From a virus (Duplodnaviria; Caudoviricetes): a DNA stretch of 53,531 nucleotides. Below, piece by piece: positions 19,333-27,532 of this stretch. The translations under genes and the position numbers were made by a program. The stretch covers positions 1 through 53,531 of IMG/VR virus record IMGVR_UViG_3300004806_000031; one strand, 5' to 3'. Each line of letters opens with the position of its first letter. Position 1 is the stretch's first letter. The notes beneath the pieces are model-generated. The model worked only from the letters and a program-made list of their open reading frames with translations. It made no database searches and was not told where the DNA came from.

Positions 19333-19715
19333 AGGCTCGCTATTTGGCCGTGAAAAAACGGCTGGGCGGCGTTTCTGGCCCCACGGGTGTTGTGCCGGTG
19401 GAACGCGTCCGCGTGTCGCCTGACCGACGTGAAATCCGCCCCGACATTCTTGAAGTTGCGCCGCCCAAAATGCGGTTTACGGCAATGCTTAGGGAACTCG
19501 CCAAGATGCACGACCTCGACCCCGATATAGTGAAATCACCATGTTACAAACACGACGTAATTCGCGTCCGTCAGGAATTATTCTACCGCGCCGTCAATGA
19601 GTTAGGCATGGGCTATTCGCAAATTGGCCGCATGATGCACACAACGCACTCGACCGTGATGTATGGCGTAAAGGCCCACCAAAAAAGACTTGCCGAGGCT
19701 GGTTTAAGGGCTTAG
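19299..19715 (+). CDS. Protein with DnaA C-terminal (domain IV) HTH
   Basis: RQE..YR..NELG..YSQIGRMM.TTHSTVMYG resembles the DnaA RQ.AMYL..SL..IG..F..RDHTTV.HA signature. Confidence 0.75.
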   Translation: MDREPQTIDELKARYLAVKKRLGGVSGPTGVVPVERVRVSPDRREIRPDILEVAPPKMRFTAMLRELAKMHDLDPDIVKSPCYKHDVIRVRQELFYRAVNELGMGYSQIGRMMHTTHSTVMYGVKAHQKRLAEAGLRA

Positions 19716-19718
19716 GTT
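19690..19718 (+). promoter_or_regulatory. Putative sigma70 promoter for the sRNA
   Basis: TTGCCG-N17-TAGGTT. Confidence 0.5.
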
Positions 19719-19724
19719 ATTTTT

Positions 19725-19813
19725 GTCCGCCGGATGGTCCGGTGGCAGTTCCTGTAATCCTCCTTTGACTTCACCCCGCCAGCGAAATCTCCCATTCGTT
19801 GGTGGGGTTTTTT
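19725..19813 (+). ncRNA. Candidate anti-Shine-Dalgarno small RNA (AbcR-like)
   Basis: 8-bp 5' hairpin, exposed GUUCCU and CCUCCU, then a 14-bp terminator stem with a CUCCCA loop and U-tract. Confidence 0.55.
19773..19813 (+). terminator. Rho-independent terminator
   Basis: ACCCCGCCAGCGAA/TTCGTTGGTGGGGT stem followed by a T-run. Confidence 0.8.
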
Positions 19814-19815
19814 CT

Positions 19816-19935
19816 CGCGCGCGCGCGTTGACTTCCAGTGCTTGACTTCCAGTGCTATGCTAAGGTAATCTAGCCAGAGTAATGTAATGGATATCTTCCA
19901 GAGTATAGTAATAATAATATATATATATAATACAC
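19816..19935. other. Candidate replication origin
   Basis: (CG)6, tandem TTGACTTCCAGTGC x2 (19828-19855), two CCAGAGTA copies and an AT-only tract at about 19909-19932, directly upstream of the helicase. Confidence 0.55.
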
Positions 19936-19950
19936 ATAACAGGAACCGAT

Positions 19951-21453
19951 ATGGTCAAGGCTATTCTCCGAGATTACCAAACCGACGCAATCGCTAAACT
20001 TCGCGAATCACTTTCGTCCGGCCACAAGCGCCCGGTCGTGCAAATGCCAACTGGCGCTGGCAAGACAATTGCGGCGGCTGAAATTGTCCGCATGGCGCGG
20101 TCGAAGGACAAACGGGTTTTGTTTTGCGTCCCGTCACTGTCCCTGATCGACCAAACCGTGGACAAGTTTGAAAAGCACGACATTTGGGAAATTGGGGTGC
20201 TTCAGGCGATGCATGAGCGCACTGATTTGACCCAGCCCGTTCAAGTTTGTTCAGTTCAAACTCTGGCTAGGAGAAAAATACCGCCAGCGGATTTGATTAT
20301 CGTAGACGAGTGCCACGTCATGTTCAAATTCTACGACGATTGGTTCAACAGTGATGCTTGGAAGGATGTTCCGGTCGTCGGCTTGACTGCCACGCCGTGG
20401 GCCAAGGGCATGGGCCGCATTTACGATGATTTGATTATTGGCACTACGACGAAAGAACTAATCGACCGCGGCCATCTGTCTGACTTCCGCGTTTTTGCTC
20501 CCGCTCACCCTGACCTGACCGGCGTGACTGTTGTTGCGGGTGACTACAACAAAAAGCAACTTGGCAAGGCGATGGACAAGGCTCCCTTGGTTGCCGATAT
20601 TGTTTCGACGTGGTTAGAGCGCGGCGAAAACCGGTCAACGATTTGCTTTGCGGTGGACAGGGCGCATGCCAAGCACATCCAGAGACTGTTTTTGGAGGCG
20701 GGAGTTCCAACAGGATACATGGATGCTTACACTGATCTGTTGGAACGCGCCGAGATCGCCAGACGGTTTGCTGATGGAGAATTGAAAATTGTCTGCAACG
20801 TTGGGGTGCTTACAACCGGAGTAGATTGGGATGTGCGTTGCATCATTCTGGCGAGACCCACAAAGTCGGAAATTTTGTACACGCAAATGATTGGCCGCGG
20901 TCTGCGCACTGCCGAGGGTAAGCAAGACTGTTTGATCCTCGACCACAGTGACACCACTCTGCGTCTGGGATTTGTGACGGATATTTCTTACGACAAACTT
21001 GATGATGGACAAGGCAGGGGAGTAGCAGAGCGTGAAAAACAAATTCCATTACCCAAGGCATGCCCCAAGTGCGCGTTCCTTAAACCCCCGCGCACTCCGC
21101 AATGCCCGGCATGTGGTTTTAAGGCTGAGGCTGTTAGTAAGGTTGAACATACTACGGGAGAATTGCTGGAACTTTCACGTGATGGAAAGAAGCAAGTCTC
21201 TGCTTACACCACGAAGGAAAAGGAAACGTTCTACTCCGAATTGCGTGGTTACGCGATCACTCGTGGATACAAAGACGGGTGGGCATATTGGGCATACAAG
21301 GATAAATTTGGGGTTGGCCCCGCAAACTCGTTTAAGGCAGTCGCCCTCGCGCCGTCGGCGGCTACGCTGAGTTGGATTAAACACCGCAACATTGCTAAAG
21401 CAAAATCGAAAGAGAAACATGAAAAACGAAACGAATCCCGTCCTTCGGCCTGA
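19951..21453 (+). CDS. Superfamily 2 DExH helicase with C-terminal Zn finger
   Basis: PTGAGKT, DECH, TAT, QMIGRGLR and CPKC..CPACG motifs. Confidence 0.93.
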   Translation: MVKAILRDYQTDAIAKLRESLSSGHKRPVVQMPTGAGKTIAAAEIVRMARSKDKRVLFCVPSLSLIDQTVDKFEKHDIWEIGVLQAMHERTDLTQPVQVCSVQTLARRKIPPADLIIVDECHVMFKFYDDWFNSDAWKDVPVVGLTATPWAKGMGRIYDDLIIGTTTKELIDRGHLSDFRVFAPAHPDLTGVTVVAGDYNKKQLGKAMDKAPLVADIVSTWLERGENRSTICFAVDRAHAKHIQRLFLEAGVPTGYMDAYTDLLERAEIARRFADGELKIVCNVGVLTTGVDWDVRCIILARPTKSEILYTQMIGRGLRTAEGKQDCLILDHSDTTLRLGFVTDISYDKLDDGQGRGVAEREKQIPLPKACPKCAFLKPPRTPQCPACGFKAEAVSKVEHTTGELLELSRDGKKQVSAYTTKEKETFYSELRGYAITRGYKDGWAYWAYKDKFGVGPANSFKAVALAPSAATLSWIKHRNIAKAKSKEKHEKRNESRPSA

Positions 21454-22378
21454 AGACCTCGCCCGCGGCAAGTGGCAAGAAATTCTCCCGCAATTGGGTG
21501 TCGAGTCCCGATTTTTAGTAAACCGCCACGGATCTTGCCCGATATGCGGCGGCAAGGATCGCTTTCGGTGGGACGATAAAGACGGGCGCGGCACGTTCAT
21601 CTGCAACTCGTGCGGCGCTGGCGATGGGTTTCGATTGGCGCAACTTGTCACTGGGAAGAGTTTCCGGTCTATATGCGACGCAATTTCAAGCATGACTGGA
21701 AAGAAATTGCTGGCGTCTTCCGACCACGCCGAAAGGTTGCGCCAGAGACAGGTCGTCAAATCAATTTGGGACGGCGCTGGGGCGGTTTCAAATGATGGGC
21801 CGGTAGCAACCTACATGAAGGCCAGACTGGGCATTCAGTGGCGTTCTAAATCAATCCGTGAGTATAGCGGCGCAAACCTATTGTGGCACCCTGAGGCCAA
21901 GAAATCATTTCCGGCAATGGTGTCTCAGGTCGTGGGCGTCGATAACATGGCCCACAATGTCCACATCACGTACCTGACCGACGACGGACACAAGGCTAAG
22001 GTAAATCCAGCCAAGCGGGTTGGCGCTGGGCAAATACCAGACGGGTCAGCAATTAGGCTCGCGCCGTCGGATTTCCACATGGGCATTGCCGAGGGCATCG
22101 AGACAGCCATTGCGGCGTCGATCATTAATCGCATACCCGTGTGGTCGGCCATTAACGCAAACAACATGGCAAAATGGAAGCCGCCACAGGTCGTCAGAAA
22201 AGTGACAATATTTGGCGATAATGATGCCACATACACTGGCCACAAGGCAGCATATACGCTAGCCCAGCGGCTCAGTGTTCAGGAGAAACTGGACGTTGAG
22301 GTTCGGATTCCTGACTACGTAGGGCAGGATTGGGCAGATGTTCTGGCTGGGGTTTCCAAGGATCGAGACCGGCGATGA
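21419..22378 (+). CDS. Primase (Zn-binding plus TOPRIM)
   Basis: H.SCPICGGKDRF..CNSCGAGDG; AEGIETA; GDND; DWAD. Confidence 0.9.
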   Translation: MKNETNPVLRPEDLARGKWQEILPQLGVESRFLVNRHGSCPICGGKDRFRWDDKDGRGTFICNSCGAGDGFRLAQLVTGKSFRSICDAISSMTGKKLLASSDHAERLRQRQVVKSIWDGAGAVSNDGPVATYMKARLGIQWRSKSIREYSGANLLWHPEAKKSFPAMVSQVVGVDNMAHNVHITYLTDDGHKAKVNPAKRVGAGQIPDGSAIRLAPSDFHMGIAEGIETAIAASIINRIPVWSAINANNMAKWKPPQVVRKVTIFGDNDATYTGHKAAYTLAQRLSVQEKLDVEVRIPDYVGQDWADVLAGVSKDRDRR

Positions 22379-22538
22379 CTGCGGCGGCAACCAAGTCCGC
22401 ATACAGTGGGGAGCCGGTCTTTTTCCATTGGGCAATGGTTGTCCTATGAAATCCCATCGCCTTAGCCAGTTGATATTCCCACGCGCCAAATTCGTCGCGC
22501 ACGTAGTCCACAAAGGCAGTAAATTCTTCCGCAGTCAT
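22272..22538 (-). CDS. Small HTH protein
   Basis: MTAEEF...QLAKAMGFHRTTIAQWKKTG; convergent overlap with the primase 3' end. Confidence 0.7.
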   Translation of the reverse strand: MTAEEFTAFVDYVRDEFGAWEYQLAKAMGFHRTTIAQWKKTGSPLYADLVAAAVIAGLDPWKPQPEHLPNPALRSQESEPQRPVSPEH

Positions 22539-22612
22539 GCTGTTAACCTTTACGGGGTTGTAATTACTCCCGTTTTATGTATTTTACGCTCGAAGTCAAA
22601 AGGGGGTGTTCA

Positions 22613-23563
22613 ATGGGCATGAAACCAGTATCCGACGAAATATTGAAGCAAACACTGCACGTTTATTACCGATCAGGAAAAAGCAGAATGGCGGCGGCGG
22701 CGTCATTGTCCATTCCGAAGCCCACATTTCAAACGCGATTAGAAAAAGCAGTTTTTAGGTTTCCAGAATTAGTTGAGCAATACGAAAAAGAAATAATTGG
22801 GGTTTTGGCGGAGCAATGGCTTTACCCCCAAATTTTGTCTGGCGAAGTAAAAAGTGGGTCGGTGTTAATTGGTGGCGATGCCCACATATGGCCCGGCGTT
22901 AATACCATAACGATGCAAGCATTTGCCAAAGTGGCAAAGATATTAAAGCCAGACACAATTATTTTGAATGGTGACATCATAGACGGCGCGCGGGTTTCAC
23001 GGCATGGCGCGACACTAAAATCAGCCGCCCCAAAAGTTTCCGCCGAAATCGACGCCGCCAATGAGTGGATGTCAACTTTCCCCAGTGCCAAACGGCGCAT
23101 TTTTACAATTGGCAACCACGATATGCGGGTCGATAATTACCTCGCCAATCAAGCCAGTGAATTAGAAGACTACGTTGGAAGATTGTCTGACCGTTTTCCA
23201 ATGTGGGAATTTTGTTACTCGTATATCATTAATGACTCAGTGGAAATCAGGCACCGGTTTCGTGGCGGCATTCACGCAGCCTACAACAATGCATTGAACA
23301 CGTCTTTAACGACGGTCACAAATCACACGCATGCCCAGCAGGTCACAGCCATCAGGAACCGTCGCGGCTCTCACTGGGGAGTGGAAACTGGAATGCTTGG
23401 CGATCCAAACCACAAAGCATTCCAATACGCTGAGGGGACGCAAAGCCGCGCTCACCTTGGATTTGCCGTCCTTACATTTGACGAAGACGGGATCCTTCTC
23501 CCGCCCGAACTTTGCCAAAGCGTGAATGGTCGTCCGGTTTTCCGCGGTTCGTACGTTCTGTAA
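22613..23563 (+). CDS. Calcineurin-like metallophosphoesterase with N-terminal HTH-like segment
   Basis: DAH, GDIID, GNHD and NHTH motifs. Confidence 0.88.
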   Translation: MGMKPVSDEILKQTLHVYYRSGKSRMAAAASLSIPKPTFQTRLEKAVFRFPELVEQYEKEIIGVLAEQWLYPQILSGEVKSGSVLIGGDAHIWPGVNTITMQAFAKVAKILKPDTIILNGDIIDGARVSRHGATLKSAAPKVSAEIDAANEWMSTFPSAKRRIFTIGNHDMRVDNYLANQASELEDYVGRLSDRFPMWEFCYSYIINDSVEIRHRFRGGIHAAYNNALNTSLTTVTNHTHAQQVTAIRNRRGSHWGVETGMLGDPNHKAFQYAEGTQSRAHLGFAVLTFDEDGILLPPELCQSVNGRPVFRGSYVL

Positions 23564-24017
23564 AAACTTCATGGTAATGCTTCCGGCACCACGACGAATT
23601 ACGGAAGGGCGTCCCGCCACAGCATTTGATCTTGTGGGCGTCCCGTGACGTATTGAGAATATAAGTGCAGTGATGGAAGCGCCGCGTCTCAAAGTATGGG
23701 ATGCCCTCCACCGGTGCTTCTTGCTCTACAATTGGCGTGAATGCATTAATTACGGGCAACGGTTCCTTTGCCACTTTAATAACCTTCGGGCGCGAAATTC
23801 GTTTTGGCCGAGCATGGAAACGTTTTTCGCGCGTTGGCCGTCCCTCCGTCTTTTTTGGAACGTCGGGCATTTCTTTCCGAAGCCGGTGTAAATAACCCAA
23901 GACGCTATTGCGTGTTCGGCCATTGCCAAGTGTTTCCGCAATTGCCACTGCGGTTTCGCCCTTGCGCCACATATCAAGCACAATGTCTTTTTCGTCTTCT
24001 GACCAGTATGCTGGCAT
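23472..24017 (-). CDS. gcrA: GcrA-like cell-cycle regulator
   Basis: WSEDE...LDMWRKG.TA..IAETLG..RTRNSVLGYLHRL N-terminus, plus a C-terminal C...CG.....WC..H motif. Confidence 0.85.
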   Translation of the reverse strand: MPAYWSEDEKDIVLDMWRKGETAVAIAETLGNGRTRNSVLGYLHRLRKEMPDVPKKTEGRPTREKRFHARPKRISRPKVIKVAKEPLPVINAFTPIVEQEAPVEGIPYFETRRFHHCTYILNTSRDAHKIKCCGGTPFRNSSWCRKHYHEVFTERTNRGKPDDHSRFGKVRAGEGSRLRQM

Positions 24018-24191
24018 CACATCACCACCAAAAAAACACATAATAGAACAACGGAGCGATTAAAGGTAGTAATACCCAAACTGCCCTGACAGCAGTCAAT
24101 TCAGCGTCTTTATAATTGTAATACCCACACCATCCCAAACTCCAAAACAAACAGAAAATTATATATTTTAGAACGTAATGAAAAGTTTCCA

Positions 24192-24569
24192 TCACTCCCC
24201 CTCCTTCAGTGCAGCACGGGCAGTATTCCCGCCATCCTGTAAAATTTCTTCGTCAAGCACCGGCGACACGATGCCCCAGTCAGCATAATACTGCAACGCG
24301 TTACGCAATTTTTTGATCTCCATGCCTAACTTAAAATTGTGATTCCACGCCTCCAATGCCATCCTGACATCATCACCTAGATATGACTGAACCATATCCA
24401 GCATGCAAGAAACAGTTCTCAATGACGCAGCAATGGGAGTTGCAACATCCAAGAGTTCATGCCCCTCTAATTCCAAACGCCTTAACCGATACGTATCAAT
24501 CCGCATCAGCCTAGACTTAAGGGCTTCATTTTCTGCTTTTAATTGTTTAATTTCGTCATCCGTAGTCAT
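24192..24569 (-). CDS. Hypothetical protein
   Basis: Coiled coil; LRNALQYYA; ends ARAALKEGE. Confidence 0.65.
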   Translation of the reverse strand: MTTDDEIKQLKAENEALKSRLMRIDTYRLRRLELEGHELLDVATPIAASLRTVSCMLDMVQSYLGDDVRMALEAWNHNFKLGMEIKKLRNALQYYADWGIVSPVLDEEILQDGGNTARAALKEGE

Positions 24570-24649
24570 TGATCTTTATCCTCTAACAGTGGGTTTAGAT
24601 TGCTCCCAATCATTCTTAACGCCTTCTCGCAAACGATCAACGATGTCCA

Positions 24650-24853
24650 TCACTCACCCTCCTTCAACGCATTCAATTCTTTTTCTTTCTCTTCATAAAG
24701 TGCAAAATATTTTTCGTATCGTTCTTCCCAATAATTGTCTTGCCATTTTTCAACGAAGTCTTTCATTTCGATCAGCAGCCTGACAGCAGCCCATACACCC
24801 ATAACGATCCATGCGATTTCAACCAGATTGCTTGTATTTGTAATTGTAATCAT
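24650..24853 (-). CDS. Small membrane protein
   Basis: One TM helix; ends ALKEGE. Confidence 0.6.
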   Translation of the reverse strand: MITITNTSNLVEIAWIVMGVWAAVRLLIEMKDFVEKWQDNYWEERYEKYFALYEEKEKELNALKEGE

Positions 24854-24855
24854 TA

Positions 24856-25053
24856 CTACCCCTCCTTTAGTGCAGCGTCAGATATTTCATACGCTTTCAT
24901 TGAATCTCGCGGCGTATCACCAAGTTCATCCCTGATTACACGCAACGCTTCCCGCAACCGCTCATTCTCTTTGCGTAAATCTACGATGTGATCCAATGTC
25001 ACTGGATCAGCGTATCTGTCTGTCACAAGTTTTTTGCTTCTGAAACCAGTCAT
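24856..25053 (-). CDS. Hypothetical protein
   Basis: ENERLREAL; ends ALKEG. Confidence 0.6.
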   Translation of the reverse strand: MTGFRSKKLVTDRYADPVTLDHIVDLRKENERLREALRVIRDELGDTPRDSMKAYEISDAALKEG

Positions 25054-25388
25054 TGTTGCGCCTCATTCGTTGCGGTGATTTTTGACCGGCGTTTGCTTAT
25101 GCTTCCACCCTTGGCCCCGGCCTTGCGGGCCGCGTCGGGGTTGCGAACGAAGTGCCGTTTTTCGCGTGGTGAATTGGCTCCGCCCTTGGCCGCCAGCAGT
25201 TTGCGCTTCTCCTCGCTCATGCTGGCAAAGCCCCGACGTTTGTGGCCATTGGGGGCGTCGCTGACGGTCTTCGCGTTTTCTTGGCTAGGCGAGGACTGCT
25301 CAACTATTGGAGCGGCCTCCTTGGCCTTCTTGCGCGGTTTAGTCATGCTTTGCGGGTCCGGTTCCGCTTTAATGATACGGATAGCCAT
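25050..25388 (-). CDS. KGG-repeat general stress protein-like
   Basis: RRGFASMSEEKRKLLAAKGG...F..NP.AARKAGAKGG. Confidence 0.85.
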   Translation of the reverse strand: MAIRIIKAEPDPQSMTKPRKKAKEAAPIVEQSSPSQENAKTVSDAPNGHKRRGFASMSEEKRKLLAAKGGANSPREKRHFVRNPDAARKAGAKGGSISKRRSKITATNEAQQ

Positions 25389-25663
25389 TAGTGCAATGCT
25401 CCGTCTGGGCCTTCTTCCTCGTCTTCGCCAACGGCATCGACAATTGCCATCATAACGGCCACCATCATTTGGTCGCGCACCTCCGTCAATTTACGGGCGA
25501 GGTCGGTAACAATTGCCAATTGCGTCATCGGTTCCATCACCTGAAATTCTTCAAGGAAAAACATTGCCTCATCACCAACAATCACTATTGGTCGGCCAAT
25601 GTCTTCATTTGCTTTGACGGTAAATTCCGCCATTTTCACCTTGTCCTGTTTTTTCTTGCTCAT
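25388..25663 (-). CDS. Hypothetical protein
   Basis: Coupled ORF with an acidic tail. Confidence 0.65.
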   Translation of the reverse strand: MSKKKQDKVKMAEFTVKANEDIGRPIVIVGDEAMFFLEEFQVMEPMTQLAIVTDLARKLTEVRDQMMVAVMMAIVDAVGEDEEEGPDGALH

Positions 25664-25806
25664 GGTTGTTTGTCCTTTGTGATGTTAACGGATACCAAAT
25701 ATGCGGGGTTACTAGAAACTTTCGGGTCTCTCATTATTAGCCAAGTCCTGACGCGCGGCCCCGTGAGGTCGCGCGCCTTCTTTTTCTTCAGCCAAGGAAT
25801 AATCAC
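25660..25806 (-). CDS. Small hypothetical protein
   Basis: GTGA and ATGA overlaps with both neighbours. Confidence 0.45.
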   Translation of the reverse strand: MIIPWLKKKKARDLTGPRVRTWLIMRDPKVSSNPAYLVSVNITKDKQP

Positions 25807-26126
25807 GCGACCTTGACCGATGCCAGATCGACGTAGGCTGAGAAGGTGATTGCGCCAGCGCGCATGCTCTGCTTGCTGTGCTTCTGGACCCACATTTCGC
25901 CCATTTCCTTGGTGATCTTGTCCTTGTCGAGCGACCACGCGATCACGCTGTCGCCGACTTTTGCAGTGAAGGCGTGGCCATTGATCTCGCTCTTGCCGCG
26001 CGACCGAATGACTGCCTTGGCCTCGTCCAGTTTCTTGCCAATCGCGGCGTGAAGGGCGTGGAGTTTTGCCGTCTCGTCCACGAGGTCGGCGTCGCTCAGT
26101 GCAATAAAATCAACTGCTGGTATCAT
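25803..26126 (-). CDS. Early hypothetical protein
   Basis: Strong RBS AAGGAGAACGACAATG; GC3-rich codons. Confidence 0.75.
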   Translation of the reverse strand: MIPAVDFIALSDADLVDETAKLHALHAAIGKKLDEAKAVIRSRGKSEINGHAFTAKVGDSVIAWSLDKDKITKEMGEMWVQKHSKQSMRAGAITFSAYVDLASVKVA

Positions 26127-26169
26127 TGTCGTTCTCCTTGTTGTGGGCTGTCGCCCTGTTGACGCATAA

Positions 26170-26206
26170 CCACTAGCATACGAATTTCGTGTCAGTCAAC
26201 TGACAA
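26170..26206 (-). promoter_or_regulatory. Putative early promoter with a palindrome over the -35 element
   Basis: Minus strand TGTCAGT-TG-ACTGACA palindrome contains TTGACT; -10-like CTAGTG/TAGTGG downstream. Confidence 0.5.
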
Positions 26207-26209
26207 TTT

Positions 26210-26449
26210 TCAATCGCATGACGTGCTTCGGACCACATGCACCGAATATTCGCCGTCGATTTCGTCCACGCGGGTCGATGGTCCGTATCCCCAGTTTCGG
26301 TCGTAGTAGGCATCCGCCCAGCGTTTTGCGTGTTCCTTGTCGCGGAATCCGGTCATGGTAAACGATACCTGACTGCGGCCATACAGCAATGGTTTCCCGT
26401 CGATGCATGTGAGGCCAGTGGGGTCGAGTGGATTTGTTTGGTCAAGCAT
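26210..26449 (-). CDS. Early hypothetical protein
   Basis: RBS AAGGAGAAGACCAATG; ends RSTSCD. Confidence 0.7.
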   Translation of the reverse strand: MLDQTNPLDPTGLTCIDGKPLLYGRSQVSFTMTGFRDKEHAKRWADAYYDRNWGYGPSTRVDEIDGEYSVHVVRSTSCD

Positions 26450-26645
26450 TGGTCTTCTCCTTCTTTGGTTCGATTACGAATTGCCCGCCCTGCCATGTGA
26501 TGACGTCGTAGTGGTCGGGGTGCTGCTGGTCTTCTTAAAGCCAGTAGATTTTGCCTGAGATGGCGCGGATGGCCTCTGGCACTGTCTCTGTCTCCGCAAT
26601 CACGCGGATCGCATACATGTTGGTGTAGTCTTTGACCTGATACAT
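26442..26645 (-). pseudogene. Small early gene with an internal TAA stop
   Basis: Strong RBS; MYQVKD...IYWL*EDQQHPDHYDVITW...KTNA*, with TAA at 26537-26535. The frame continues to a stop overlapping the next gene start. Confidence 0.6.
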
Positions 26646-26656
26646 TGTCGTTCTCC

Positions 26657-26977
26657 TTATGCTAATGCTTTAATTGCGTTGCGCGCTTCCTCGATGTTGT
26701 CAAATATGCCAACACCGCCCTGCTCTGCTCGCTCAAACAATCGTTGCGCGGCATCTTGCGATGCCTCGTCGGTGATCACCATTGCGGTTTGAAAACCCTT
26801 GGCAAGTTCATATCGCTTGTCGCTGTTAGGCAGTCTGTATGACGTGACAATGCCACCCTTAACGCCCGCCGCCTTGGCCACTGTATAGTCAGTGTAGAAG
26901 GTCTTTTTCATCTTGATATCGGTCATGCTTTTCTGGGTGGCAATCATGATCACCTTGCCGCGTTTTGTCGTTGCCAT
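26657..26977 (-). CDS. Early hypothetical protein
   Basis: RBS GGAGAATGACAATG. Confidence 0.7.
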   Translation of the reverse strand: MATTKRGKVIMIATQKSMTDIKMKKTFYTDYTVAKAAGVKGGIVTSYRLPNSDKRYELAKGFQTAMVITDEASQDAAQRLFERAEQGGVGIFDNIEEARNAIKALA

Positions 26978-27011
26978 TGTCATTCTCCGTGTTGTTTGTT
27001 TCAGTGAAATC

Positions 27012-27060
27012 ACTTTAAAGAAAAGCATGAGCATATGTTAAGCGCACTGCTCATGCTTTT
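27012..27060 (-). promoter_or_regulatory. Early promoter overlapped by a 13-bp inverted repeat
   Basis: AAAAGCATGAGCA (27021-33) and TGCTCATGCTTTT (27048-60) flank TTAACA; -10-like TAAAGT. Confidence 0.55.
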
Positions 27061-27066
27061 TTATTT

Positions 27067-27327
27067 TTATTCTTCGGCACAATGTTCAGCAATTTCCCGC
27101 CAATTGACTGATGAAAGAAAAGCAAGTGCATAACTTTCCGCCAATGAATTTTCGGTAATCTTCAAAGGACAAACAATCTCCTCTGCGTATTCTTTTATTG
27201 CCAATGCAAAGTCGCCTAAATCTTTTTTATTCCAATTCATGTCCTCAACGTCTATGCCGTCAAAAATTTCAAGGTTTACGCGCCACGTCGCATAATTAGT
27301 CCATCCATTGTATGTATTGTCTGTCAT
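27067..27327 (-). CDS. Conserved early phage protein (YNGWTNYATW type)
   Basis: MTDNTYNGWTNYATWRVNL...VNWREIA; RBS GGAGACTGACAATG. Confidence 0.8.
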   Translation of the reverse strand: MTDNTYNGWTNYATWRVNLEIFDGIDVEDMNWNKKDLGDFALAIKEYAEEIVCPLKITENSLAESYALAFLSSVNWREIAEHCAEE

Positions 27328-27373
27328 TGTCAGTCTCCGTTGGTTTGGGCGTCGCCCCGTTGTTGATGATTGG

Positions 27374-27476
27374 AGATTACGAAAAGCATCAGCATAAGTG
27401 AAGCCACAAAAAAGCATGACTGTTATGCATAAAATGCAATGCTCATGCTTGCCATGCATTGGACGCGTGATAGAAT
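27374..27476. promoter_or_regulatory. Divergent promoter pair with ATGCTNATGCTT boxes
   Basis: Leftward TTCACT-N17-TAATCT (27402-27374) with a box in its spacer; rightward TTGCCA-N16-TAGAAT (27449-27476) with a box at 27439-50. Confidence 0.6.
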
Positions 27477-27532
27477 GCTTATGTGATTGATTCGTCAGTG
27501 TTTTTTGCCTTTCACTGATTCGTTACAGGGGT

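Noticed and set aside
19816-19827. (CG)6 as a functional Z-DNA element
   Set aside because: Too short to support on its own; noted only as part of the origin candidate.
24022-24192. Frameshifted membrane-protein gene upstream of gcrA
   Set aside because: Two short overlapping hydrophobic frames exist, but without homologues a frameshift cannot be distinguished from two tiny ORFs or noise.
26535-26537. Stop-codon reassignment
   Set aside because: TAA, TAG and TGA all terminate intact core genes in this genome; this is an isolated case.
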